Shown piece by piece: positions 10,831-23,584 of a stretch of 28,687 nt of DNA. The notes under the pieces were generated by a model. That model saw nothing but the letters and a program-made list of their open reading frames with translations. It searched no databases and was not told the origin of the DNA. The translations under genes were made by a program, and so were the position numbers. Position 1 is the stretch's first letter; every line of letters starts with the position of its first letter. The DNA comes from Octopus sinensis. Lineage: Eukaryota. The DNA is taken from positions 1-28,687 of the forward strand of contig NW_021833410.1 of the NCBI RefSeq assembly GCF_006345805.1, in the 5' to 3' direction.

Positions 10831-11221
10831 CATAGCGACGGACAAATCATACTGTCTAAGTAAATGGAAGAGCTCATTGCATAATGGAAACCATGATAAA
10901 AGTTCTTCGAGCATAAAGGAACCCTTCGCTAACAACTCGTGTTTCACTGACACGATGCGTTCTCTCCCTGTTTTTTTACTCCTCAGAGATGACACAAGAT
11001 GTCTAGTCTTGTATACTCTCCGCACAGATACTCCTAATTCACAAATATCTCCTCATCAGCTACTTAATTACCAGCCCCAGGTCCATGGCCTCCAACTATC
11101 CTCTACACCCAGAATGTTGCATTTAAGGAATTACCTCCCTTCCTGCTCATTTCTTTCCTGTAAACGTCAAAATGCAACATTTTCAACAGAAAGTTTTTGT
11201 TATTCATATTACTTTCAAATG

Positions 11222-12678
11222 TTAGCACAAGGCCAGAAATTTCGAGGCTGTAGGGGGTTTAGTCGATCACATCGACCCCAGTACTCAACTGGTACTTATT
11301 TTATCGACCCCGAAAAGATGAAAAAATAAAGTCGACCACGGCGGAATCTGAACCCAGAACGTTAAAACACGGATAGAATGCCGCTAAACATTTCCCCCGG
11401 TATACTCTTTTACTTGTTTCAGTCATTTGACTGTGGCTAGGCTGGAGCACCGCCTTTAGTCGAAGAAATCGACACCAGGACTAATTCTTTGTAAGCCTAG
11501 TACTTATTCTATCGGTCTCTTTTGCCGAACCGCTAGGTTACGGAGACGTAAACACACCAGCATCGGTTGTCAAGCGATGTTGGGAGACAAACACAGACAC
11601 ACAAACACACACACACACACACACACATATACGACGGGCTTCTTTCAGTTTCCATCTACCAAATCCACTCACAAGGCTTTGGTCAGCCCGAGGCTATATA
11701 TAGTAAAAGACACTTGCCCAAGGTTCCACGCAGTGGGATTGAACCCAGAACCATGTGGTTTGTAAGCAAGCTACTTACCACACAGACACTTCCGCCCCTA
11801 TTCTTTTAGATTCTTTTCTTTTATTCTTTTACTTGTTTCAGTCATTTAACTGCGGCCATGCTGGAGCACCACCTTTAGTCGAGCAAGTCGACCCCAGGAC
11901 TTATTCTTTGTAAGCCCAGTACTTATTCTACCGGTCTCTTTTGCCGAACCGCTAAGTGACGGGGACGTAAACACACCAGCATCGGTTGTCAAGCGATGTT
12001 GGGAGACAAACACAGACACACAAACACACACACACACACACACCACACACACACACACATATACGACGGGCTTCTTTCAGTTTCCATCTACCAAATCCAC
12101 TCACAAGGCTTTGGTCAGCCCGAGGCTATATATAGTAAAAGACACTTGCCCAAGGTTCCACGCAGTGGGATTGAACCCAGAACCATGTGGTTTGTAAGCA
12201 AGCTACTTACCACACAGACACTTCCGCCCCTATTCTTTTAGATTCTTTTCTTTTATTCTTTTACTTGTTTCAGTCATTTAACTGCGGCCATGCTGGAGCA
12301 CCACCTTTAGTCGAGCAAGTCGACCCCAGGACTTATTCTTTGTAAGCCCAGTACTTATTCTACCGGTCTCTTTTGCCGAACCGCTAAGTGACGGGGACGT
12401 AAACACACCAGCATCGGTTGTCAAGCGATGTTGGGAGACAAACACAGACACACAAACACACACACACACACACACATATACGACGGGCTTCTTTCAGTTT
12501 CCATCTACCAAATCCACTCAAGGCTTTGGTCGGCCCGAGGCTATATATAGTAAAAGACACTTGCCCAAGGTTCCACGCAGTCGGATTGAACCCAGAACCA
12601 TGTGGTTTGTAAGCAAGCTACTTACCACACAGACACTCCTGTCCCTATGCTAACGATTCTACCAGATCATGACCGCAT
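11222..12678 (-). mobile_element. Meta-like SINE (11222-11403 plus 12644-12678) split by a CORE-SINE trimer
   Basis: catttcccccggtat resumes as tatgctaacgattctaccag after the insertion. Confidence 0.7.
11404..12640 (-). mobile_element. Three tandem CORE-type SINE copies, period ~430 bp
   Basis: tRNA head, CORE-like ccttgggcaagtgtc, internal (CA)n and cagtcatt..acttgtttc tail repeated three times. Confidence 0.9.
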
Positions 12679-13204
12679 TTTCATCCTTCGTCTTAAGGAT
12701 ATTTTTCTTATTACAGGTGTAAAAATCACTTGATTGAATGTTCACTTTGATTCCCCCGGCAGCATTCAATAAGCCCACACTTACATCGATACCAGCTGCC
12801 TTTCTTCTCCTTCCAAATGTATTTCGTGTTATAATATGCAGACCGCATTACCATGAAAGACAACGCTGCATTATGTTACTAACAAAACTTTAACGGAGGA
12901 AAAAAACCAGTGTTGAGGGAGAAGCATTTGTAGAGACATGTCAATGTATTCCGTCAACGTTGGACAGTTTCAAGTTGAAAATAGCAAACAGCACCGCTAA
13001 GAGATCAGGTCTCACAGATTTGCATAAATTACAATAAATAATATTGTTAAGCACATCACGAAATTTCGTAGAACTCCCCGGAGACAAAGAAAACACACAC
13101 AACACGCATATGCACACACATGCGCATGTATACATACATACATATATGTGGGCGATTATGTATGTATGTATGTATGTATGTATGTATGTATGTATGTATG
13201 TGTG

Positions 13205-13235
<31 letters not shown>

Positions 13236-13624
13236 GAAAGTCACTGCATGTGTTGAAACCCCAAAAAATCTAAATGCACCTGTGAATATATAAATATGCC
13301 TAATTCCAGAAAATATACATACATTAGAAACAAGCATATATATATATATATATTATATATATTATATATATATATATATATAATATATATATATATATGT
13401 ATGTATATATATATATATATTATATATATATATATATGCATATCTCTCTCTCTCTCTTTATATATATATATATATATACACATATATATATATACATATA
13501 TGTATGTATGTATGTATAAGATTCAGGGATCGAGGTGTAGGAAGAAAGTTAGCTACGAGCAATCCGTAGAGAATATTAAATAAAAAAACAATTTTAGGAA
13601 AAATAGTGATTTATTGAGACGGCG

Positions 13625-15625
13625 TCCCCGTTTCCTAATATCTTATCTATTTTTCCCCCTCTCCCTAATATCTTATCTATTTTCCCCGCTCCCTAATATC
13701 TTATCTATTTTTTCCCTTCTCCCTAATATCTTATCTATTTTTTCCCTTCTCCCTAATATCTTATCTATTTTTTCCCTTCTCCCTAATATCTTATCTATTT
13801 TTCCCCCTCTCCCTAATATCTTATCTATTTTTTCCCTTCTCCCTAATATCTTATCTATTTTTTCCCTTCTCCCTAATATCTTATCTATTTTTTCCCTTCT
13901 CCCTAATATCTTATCTATTTTTTCCTTCTCCCTAATATCTTATCTATTTTTCCCTTCTCCCTAATATCTTATCTATTTTTTCCCCTCTCCCTAATATCTT
14001 ATCTATTTTTCCCCTCTCCCTAATATCTTATCTATTTTTTTCCTTCTCCCTAATATCTTATCTATTTTTTCCCTTCTCCCTAATATCTTATCTATTTTTT
14101 CCCTTCTCCCTAATATCTTATCTATTTTTTCCCTTCTCCCTAATATCTTATCTATTTTTTCCCTTCTCCCTAATATCTTATCTATTTTTTCCCTTCTCCC
14201 TAATATCTTATCTATTTTTCCCCCTCTCCCTAATATCTTATCTATTTTTCCCCCTCTCCCTAATATCTTATCTATTTTTTCCCTTCTCCCTAATATCTTA
14301 TCTATTTTTTCCCTTCTCCCTAATATCTTATCTATTTTTTCCCTTCTCCCTAATATCTTATCTATTTTTTCCCTTCTCCCTAATATCTTATCTATTTTTT
14401 CCCTTCTCCCTAATATCTTATCTATTTTTTCCCTTCTCCCTAATATCTTATCTATTTTTTCCTTCTCCCTAATATCTTATCTATTTTTTTTTCCTTCTCC
14501 TAATATCTATCTATTTTTTCCCTTCTCCTAATATCTTATCTATTTTTTCCCTTCTCCCTAATATCTTATCTATTTTTCCCCTCTCCCTAATTCTTATCTA
14601 TTTTTTTCCCTCTCCCTATATCTTATCTATTTTTTCCCTTCTCCCTAATATCTTATCTATTTTTTCCCTTCTCCCTTCTCCCTAATATCTTATCTATTTT
14701 TTCCCTTCTCCCTAATATCTTATCTATTTTTTCCCTTCTCCCTAATATCTTATCTATTTTTCCCTTCTCCCTAATATCTTATCTATTTTTTCCCTTCTCC
14801 CTAATCTTATCTATTTTTCCCTTCTCCCTAATATCTTATCTATTTTTTCCTTCTCCCTAATATCTTATCTTTTTTTTCCCTTCTCCCTAATATCTTATCT
14901 ATTTTTTTTTTCCTTCTCCCTAATATCTTATCTATTTTTTCCCTTCTCCCTAATATCTTATCTATTTTTCCCCCTCTCCCTAATATCTTATCTATTTTTT
15001 CCCTTCTCCCTAATATCTTATCTATTTTTTCCCTTCTCCCTAATATCTTATCTATTTTTTCCCTTCTCCCTAATATCTTATCTATTTTTTCCCTTCTCCC
15101 TAATATCTTATCTATTTTTTCCCTTCTCCCTAATATCTTATCTATTTTTTCCCTTCTCCCTAATATCTTATCTATTTTTTCCCCTCTCCCTAATATCTTA
15201 TCTATTTTTTCCCTTCTCCCTAATATCCTATCTATTTTTTCCCTTCTCCCTAATATCTTATCTATTTTTTCCCTTCTCCCTAATATCTTATCTAATTTCC
15301 CCCTCTCCCTAATATCTTATCTATTTTTTCCCTTCTCCCTAATATCTTATCTATTTTTCCCTTCTCCCTAATATCTTATCTATTTTTTCCCTTCTCCCTA
15401 ATATCTTATCTATTTTTTCCCTTCTCCCTAATATCTTATCTATTTCGTCCCCCTCCCTAATATCTTATCTAATTTCCCCCTCTCCTTAATATCTTATCTA
15501 TTTCGTCCCCGCTCCCTAATATCTTATCTATTTTTTCCCTTCTCCCTAATATCTTATCTATTTCGTCCCTTCTCCCTAATATCTTATCTATTTTCCCCTC
15601 TCCCTAATATCTTATCTATGTCGTC
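13625..15625. repeat. 30-bp minisatellite CCCTAATATCTTATCTATTTTTTCCCTTCT, about 66 units
   Basis: Direct inspection; G nearly absent on + strand; edge units carry a cgtcccc variant. Confidence 0.97.
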
Positions 15626-15689
15626 CCATATCGCCGTCTCCGTCGTCGTAGCCGTGTCGTTGCCCTCATCTCCTCACCCACCCCACTGG

Positions 15690-15865
15690 ATATTAGTGTA
15701 TGGAGTCGCACAACTCTAAGGACCAGTTACCCAGTTTCCATAGTGCAGAAGTGACCGAGATCACAACGTTTCCCCCTAAACGGGACCCAGGGTTAGCCAT
15801 TTACAGCTGAGTGGACTGAACTAACATGAAACAAAGTGCTTTCTTCAAGAACTCAATGCACCACC
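15690..15865 (-). mobile_element. Old SINE fragment
   Basis: ccatttacagctgagtggactg..aaagtgctttcttcaagaac resembles reverse-strand CORE-group SINE bodies. Confidence 0.45.
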
Positions 15866-16349
15866 TATTCCATGAATACTCCAAGACACATACAATGTCT
15901 GGAAAAGATGAAGTGGTACTATTGGCTATTACTGGAATTCTTTGATAATCACCAATCAATTCTAACCTGGGGGCCAAACAACTATAGTAACAACAACAAT
16001 AAAAACAGCAACAATAGCAGCTGCAAGAGAGAGAGAGAGAGAGGGAGGGAGGGAGGGAGGGAGGGAGAGAGAGACTATTAAAATTCACAAACAAAAATGT
16101 TGACTGCTGAACTTAAAAGATTGCTGTATGTATGTATGTATGTATGTATGTATGTATGTATGTATGTATGTATGTATGTATGTATGCATGTATGTATGTT
16201 TGGAACCGATTATTCTAGAATGCCTGAAGAAATGGGCGGCGTTTTTTGGGTTTACGTAATATAATGATTGTCAATAAATTACCATCGTATTGAAAGATTC
16301 ATAGCATACGTTGAGCTGTCATTGTCCATTCCCGTACATGACATGTATA

Positions 16350-16826
16350 TACGTGGTCTGATCAATAAGTATCCGGACTGATGCCATAGTAACGAAGCTA
16401 AAGCATGCAGAGTAAAGCCGCTTGGCACAAATTGACCTCAAACTCTGTGGTGCATGTGCACTAAGTTTTATGGTTCTATCTCACTTCTGTTGTTGGAAGG
16501 AAAGTGTGTAAACAGAGAAAGTTGAGCAGAGAATCTGCTCAGAGGCCTACACAAAGCTTTCGCCGTTCTCGACACAATCATGATCTTGTGCAACTGAAAC
16601 CCGAATGTCTTCTTGGTCAGCTGAAAGCAGTGTTGGCACAAACTTAGCAGGCCCGCGTCTCATACTCAAACCCTCGGTGATAATGGACTGAATCGAACCG
16701 TAACTAATCTGTATATGATCTGATAACTCATGGATAGTAATTCGGCGATTTCCTTCACAGGTGCACGTACACCCACGCTGTTTTCTTAAGTTTTGCTGGT
16801 TGCGGGTCTACAAAAACATTTTTCGG

Positions 16827-16828
<2 letters not shown>
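16350..16828. mobile_element. Mariner relic with internal inversion
   Basis: TIR-like TAcgtggtctgatcaataagtatccggact, forward VEQRIC start, then minus-strand TIHELSDHIQISYGSIQSIITEGLSMRRGPAKFVP. Confidence 0.8.
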
Positions 16829-16861
<33 letters not shown>

Positions 16862-16864
<3 letters not shown>

Positions 16865-17292
16865 GGGAAAGTAAGAAGAAAATAAGCGAAAATGCACATT
16901 GAAAATCAAAAAAAGTAAAGGCTTTTTATGTAAAGTAACGATAGATATATAGAATTAGATGAACTGAGGTAGGAATAAAAGTAATAAAAGTCATTATTGT
17001 GAATTGTTAAAGAGATTCAAAAGCATACCGTTTTCGTGAATTTACTAATCAAAGCAATGATTAGTAAATTCACGAAACCGGTATGCTTGAATCTCTTTAA
17101 CAATTCACAATAGTAACTGTTATTACTTTTATTCCTACCTCAGTTCATCTAATTCTATATTTCTATCGTTACTTTTCATAAAAAGCCTTTACTTTTTTTG
17201 ATTTTCAATGTGCATTTTCGCTTATTTTCCTTCTTATTTTCCCCTTACATTTCCACGTGTAGTTTCTATTTTCTTTTTGTAACGTATTTCTA
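16862..17292. mobile_element. (TA)n-flanked asymmetric fold-back element with ~188-bp arms
   Basis: 16862-17050 inverted to 17059-17246, loop aaagcaat, ~46-bp unpaired right extension. Confidence 0.9.
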
Positions 17293-17309
17293 TTATATAT
17301 ATATATAAA

Positions 17310-17515
17310 TATTGGTTTTAAAATTCACAATAAGGCCATGAAGTTCGGGTGTAAGTCGATAACATAGACCATGATTCTCATCTGGTAGTCATTCTATAGA
17401 ACCGAAAGGGATGAAAAGTACAGTCAATCTCGGTTGAATTTGAACTCAGAACACAGAGAGGGACTAAATGCCACTACGCATTTTCCCAGCGTGCTAACGA
17501 CTCTGCCAGGTCGAG
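17310..17515 (-). mobile_element. Old Meta-like SINE
   Basis: ccgaaagggatgaaaag..gaatttgaactcagaac..gcgtgctaacgactctgccag. Confidence 0.7.
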
Positions 17516-17636
17516 TATATATGAACCAGTTGTTGAGTATCCCACCTGAGAGGGATCAAAGTTAAATGTGTCGAAACTATTGTCGTGATTAATAATAAAT
17601 TCTCCTATATTCCATCTTTCGTCATTCATCTGCTAC

Positions 17637-17676
<40 letters not shown>

Positions 17677-17925
17677 GATAAGATCGATATTTAATTACCG
17701 ATCTTATCAAATGGCCAGCATAAGAGTAAAAAACTTCAAAGGTAATAATTATTATTAAAATTATAATTTAAGGTATCTAAGAGATAACACCACGCTGGAA
17801 ATAGCAACCAAAATTTTGCTCTAAAACCACATTAAATGTTCATATAGCACCAGGAGAGAAGACAAAAGGACAAAATAATAATTTTATATATATATATTTG
17901 TATGTATGTATGTATATATATATAT

Positions 17926-18607
17926 AAAATCAAAAATAAGGGTGAAAAAATTGGATATTAATTTAATAACATCAATTTAACACCAAGTGGTTTAGCACAT
18001 AAAGTGGTTTAAAACCAAGTGGTTTAGCGCATAAAAACTGGGATACAGTAAAAATTAATACACAAATATAAGAGAGGCTCCACTATGTGGACGCTCTTGC
18101 GCTAAAAATAGATCCGCAATGGTCTCAACCACCAAGAATTGTTCCCAAGGTGAATTAGCACAACAATGAACGTAAACAAGCAGGACAAATGAAAAATAAC
18201 AAAAATGTAGATTAATTCTAGACAATTGTTTCACTGTTAATGGATTATGCAATGTTACTTACATAATAGATCCACAGCTCATCAGTAGAATTCGTCATGA
18301 ATATAATTTATTTAACCGCACGCCAGATTTTAACATAAAGTCAAACACACGTGTGGTTCAGTATATTATATTCGCAGTTATGATTCGAATGCCCTCGTTA
18401 TAGCGCGCCAAAATTTCCGGAAATAAATACTGCATAAATAATTTACTGCAGTGTAATTAAAATCAAAAACAAGGGTGAAAAAATTGGATATTAATTTAAT
18501 AATAACATCAATTTAACACCAAGTGGTTTAGCGCATAAAAACTGGGATAGAGTAAAAATTAATACACAAATAATAAGAGACGGTCCACTATGTGGACGCT
18601 CTTGCAC
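17926..18607 (-). mobile_element. Retrozyme/Penelope-pLTR-like element, ~1.3 copies of a ~530-nt non-coding monomer
   Basis: Direct terminal repeats 17926-18100 and 18459-18605, central complete hammerhead, (TA)n on both sides. Confidence 0.75.
18214..18293 (-). ncRNA. Complete type-I hammerhead ribozyme
   Basis: AAUUCUA-CUGAUGA-[GCUG..GGAU...AUCC..CAGU]-GAAAC-AAUU-GUC-UAGAAUU; 7-bp stem I, canonical core, GUC cleavage site between 18221 and 18220. Confidence 0.85.
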
Positions 18608-18677
18608 TAATATATATATATTATATAATATAATATATATATATATAGTTATATATATATAAATAATATAATATATG

Positions 18678-18722
<45 letters not shown>

Positions 18723-18841
18723 TAATAGATAGAATAGATAGATAGATAGATAGATATAATATATTAATAAATAAAACATATGCATATATATATAATACAT
18801 ATGTACGTACCTACCTCTACATGTATATATACACGCATATA

Positions 18842-19010
18842 TGAGTAGAGGACACCAAAAAACCGTCGAACACAGAGAACGAATACATAGACACAAACCC
18901 AAGGAACTGGACCATTTTTTTAACAACACAAAAAATAATAGAGTACGGGACAAAAATACCCAAGGAAAAACCCCTCTTCAGTCACCTGTTTCATCTACTC
19001 TATATTTAAT
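18842..19010. mobile_element. ~170-bp (TA)n-embedded element with short imperfect inverted ends
   Basis: tgagtagagga ... tcatctactct termini between (TA)n tracts. Confidence 0.45.
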
Positions 19011-19293
19011 ATATTTATGTATGTATATATATATAATGTATATATCTATATTATATATATATATATTATATAATCTATATATATAGAATATATATATATA
19101 TAATATATATAACTATACATATATAATATATATACATATATACGTATATGCACACACATACACATCACACCGCACACACACACAACACCACACACCCACC
19201 ACACACCACAACACACACACACACATATATATATATAATATACATATATTTGCATATGTACGTGTATGTTTGTACATATATGCACATTTTTTG

Positions 19294-19630
19294 TGGTTGT
19301 GTGGGAGGATGTTTGCTGGCCAAACTCATGGTTCCGGGTTCAGTCCCACTGCGTGGCACCTTGAGCAAGAGTTTTCTACTCTAAGCCTTGGGAGTGAATT
19401 TGGTAGAGGGAAACTGAAAGAAACCCGTTGTATATTTATTATTATATTTGTTTCAGTCATTTGACCGCGGCCAATCTGGAGCACCGCCTTTAGTCGAACA
19501 AATCGACCCCAGGACTTATTCTTTGTAAGCCTAGTACTTCTCCTATCGGTCTCTTTTACCGAACTGCTAAGTTACGGGGACGCAAGCACACCTGCATCGA
19601 TTGTCAAACGATTGTGAGGGAACAAGCACA
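19294..19630. mobile_element. CORE-SINE 5' half (+, 19294-19420) facing a CORE-SINE 3' half (-, 19448-19630)
   Basis: ggttcagtcccactgcgtggcaccttgagcaag; tttcagtcatttgaccgcggcc..ctttagtcgaac. Confidence 0.8.
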
Positions 19631-19703
19631 TACACCACATACATACATACATACATACATACATACATCTATAATACACATACATACATCCATACATACA
19701 TAT

Positions 19704-19747
<44 letters not shown>

Positions 19748-19761
19748 TATATAATATATAT

Positions 19762-22700
19762 ATTGAGCTGCCCCAGCAGCTCAATCATCATCATTGTCAA
19801 CACCATCTCCTCTGCTTACTACTACTAGTACTATACTCCCACTATATATCGACAAACATCTTTGTCTTGGAATCGACCTCCTCAATCATTACCACTGTCC
19901 AACATCTCTCCCTACCTACTACTACTACTACTACAGCTACTACTACTAATGCTATCTCAATGAATTTACCTCCTACAGGTCACAAAGGTCGCCAAAACTT
20001 CAACAAACTATCATCTACAACACCTTTCACAGCTCTACACACCCACAACACGCACCTACACACCCACTCGAAAACCCCATTATTTGCCGATATTCTCTTC
20101 GCCATAGACTGTGCACTGATAGAGACTGCAAATTCACCCATTTACCTGGAACAAAACGCTCTATCCCCACAAACTACAACAGCAACCACCATAATACAAC
20201 ATCACCACAACCACCAATATCTCAAACAAGGAATCCCCAAATCTGCCGCTATTCCAGCGAGACAGATTGTGTTTGCACAGGGATTGCCCCTTTACCCATC
20301 TCCCGGGACTCGTCGGACATTTAAAGATAACCACTCACATAAAAATAGCCGCGGCCACAGTCACCTGCGGTTCCCTAGACAGGAAACCACCTCTTCTTCC
20401 TCTTTTTTAGCTATAATGAATCTAGCAAAAGAACTGGAAAAAAACATCCGAGCTATCACCCACCGCCATCCACCACTATTACCCACTACACATGCCATTA
20501 AAAAGCAATCAAATAAACAATCACCAAAACAATTAAAACCATCCACTCTCGCCTCAACATTTCTGCTTAATGCCCAAGGCATCAGCCTTCCACCAATACA
20601 CAAAAATGGAAGATAAGATTCCTGGAGGACTGGGTCGAGGCCCATCCAAACCACATCCCTTTCTTCGTCCTCACTGAAACCCATCTTAGTGACCTCCACT
20701 TGGAAGCCGAGGTGAAAGTTAAAAATTTCCAAACCATTCGTGCTGATCGTGTTGGCAGAAGAAAGGTGGGACTGCCATTTATGTCCATGATTCATTCTCA
20801 ACAGAAGCCATGAACATATTTTCGAATGGATACTGCGAAGCAGTCGCTGTATTCAGTCAAACCAACAACTTAACAGTAGTTGGGCTCTACAGACCACCCC
20901 AAACGCCCCTACCATGCTTCAAGGAATGCCTCAACAGCATAAAGTGTTTCATTCAGCAGTGTCAACCTGACAACATTTTAATGATGGGAGATTTCAACCT
21001 TCCCGGGGTTGACTGGTCTACAAACAGTCTGCCGCCAGGTTCTTCTCTCTCACCCCCTGACAGGGAGGCAGTGGAATCGCTTCTTGACTTCATGGATGAC
21101 TTCTTCTTGTCCCAACTGGTACTCGAACCAACGAGATGTCACAAAAACGTCTTAGACTTAATTTTCAGCAATCACACTGATACTATCCACAATATTGCAG
21201 TGGAGAAAACCCTACTCTCCGACCATGACATGTTCTCTGTGATCTGAGATTTCACTGGCCAAAATGCAAAACAAATGTCATTCCTCCTGTTCATCCATTT
21301 GACACTATGGATTTCCACATGCAAACTGGGAAGCGATCAATAATGATCTTGCACAAGTCGATTGGTCCTTCACGCACACATACACACCCACTAACATCAA
21401 AAAGTCCTGGCAGTCACTTGTAGACACCATCACGACATATGTGCAAGACACACCCCATTAAGATCTGCAAACAAATCTAAGTGTCGAATCCCTAGAAATA
21501 GAAAATCTCTCATAAGGAAAATTAAAAGAATCAACAAAAAGATCAACATGCTGAAATACTGTCAACAGCAACACACCAACCTGACTGCCATCTCGTCGTC
21601 TAGAGATTAAAAAACATAAACTCCAAAACAACATGATGTCTATCATCAATAGTCAGCGAAGAGCTGAAGAGGCCTGGGCCATTGAGAAGATCAAACTCAA
21701 TCCCAAAGTGTTCTTTTCATTTGCAAAAAAACACAGAGTCACTGGTTCTACTGTTGGCCCTCTGATTGATGAAAATGGTACTCTTCAAGACAATGCCAAA
21801 CCCATGGGAGAAATATTGCAGAAACAATATTGCTCTGTTTTCAGCAATCCTGATATGACTGATCTGGGCTGTATCAGTGATGTGTACTCCCCAATACACT
21901 TTATCGGACATAACATTTGGCGCTCCTGATGTCTTAGCAGCAATAAAGGAAATGAAGCATAATTCAGCAGTAGGTCCCGATAGGTTCCCTGCTTGTGTCT
22001 TGAAGATGTGTCAAAACCAACTTGCACCCCCTTTAGCCAATCTGTGGCGGAACTCACTGGATGCTGGATATATACCAGAAGACCTTCTATCCCAGTCTGT
22101 TGTCCCAGTTTTCAAAAAAGAAACAAATCGCTTGCCGTGAATTACCGTCCAATCTCACTCACCTCTCATATCATCAAGGTATTTGAGAGGGTGCTGAGAT
22201 CGCGTATGACTCACTTCCTGAGAGTCATAATATGCTGAACCCCAACCAGCATGGATTCCGTAATGGGAGAGATTGCCTGACGCAGCTACTGCATCATTTT
22301 GATGACATTTTGAGAGCCTTGGGAGAGGGTTCCAACACTGATGTCATCTACCTTGATTTCAGCAAGGCCTTTGACAGGGTTGATCATAAGATCCTTCTGA
22401 GAAAGCTGTCCAATATTGGTGTCACTGGAAACTGCTGCAATGGATCAAGTGCTTCCTCTCTAACAGAACCCAACATGTTGTAGTCGAGGGAGTCAAATCC
22501 AGCCCAGCCAAAGTCAGCAGTGGTGTCCCACAAGGCACTGTGTTGGGCCCACTTCTCTTCATCATCTACATAAATGATATTACTGACACCATCAAACACA
22601 GCAACATCAGAACCTTCGCTGATGATTCCAAGCTCCAGAAGGTCATCAATGGCGTGGATGACCGAATAAACCTTCAGTCAGACCTACTGGCTGTTGTCCA

Positions 22701-23584
22701 ATGGCGGAAAAGAATAACATGTTGCTAAATGAAGACAAATTCGAACTGATCCACTTTGGAAGGGAGGACGCTCTGAAACTCCCATACTCTCTTCCTTCTG
22801 GAGAAATTCTCATGGCATCCAACAACATCAGAGACCTGGGAGTAACAGTGGACAACAACATAAGCTGGGCTACACATATAAGCGCAAAGTTGACATGGCC
22901 CGCAGAATGTGTTCCTGGATTCTCAGAACCTTCCAGTCGAGAGATTCCCACGCTTATTATCCTTCTCTTCTCCACTTTTGCCCGACCCCACCTAATACTG
23001 CTGTCCACTGTGGTCTCCCTACACAAAACAAAATATTATGAGAATTGAAGCTCCCCAAAGGTCAATCACAAAAAAAGATAGATGGCATGTCAGACCTTGA
23101 CTACTGGGGTAGACTAGAGAAGCTGAAATTGTATTCACTCCAACGACGCCGTGAACGCTACATTATCTGTATGATGTGGAAAATATTCCATCAGCACTGT
23201 CCGAATGATGTTGGCATCGACTTCAAATGCATCCAAGGCTTGGACCACGTGCCATCCGTCCACAACAAAAATCTAAATCGCATCACATAACGACAATACG
23301 GCACAACTATTTCACCTCATTGGACCTGCTCTCTTCAACATTACACCAGGACACGTCAAAAAAGAAACTGACCACACAAAATTCAAGAAGTCTTTGGACA
23401 AATTCCTTCATCAAACAGTACCGGACAAACCACCCACAACCGGATATGTCTCCGCAACAATAACTCTCTGCTCGAATGGGCCTTGGTGCCCAAATCCTGA
23501 ACTGAAAGACTTCGCCAGGTGGTGCTATTAAGTTAGACATGGCCTGGGCAATACTGGCCAAAAACCTTTCTAAGTTATTCTAAG

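Noticed and set aside
13614-13964. 116-aa periodic ORF (PNILSIFSLL)n
   Set aside because: Translation of the 30-bp minisatellite
13625-15625. CRISPR-like regular array
   Set aside because: No unique spacers, no cas genes, eukaryotic context
18960-19010. CTGAAGA plus GAAAC on the minus strand as a hammerhead
   Set aside because: Order is wrong (GAAAC precedes CUGAAGA), and no UH triplet or GAAA follows stem II
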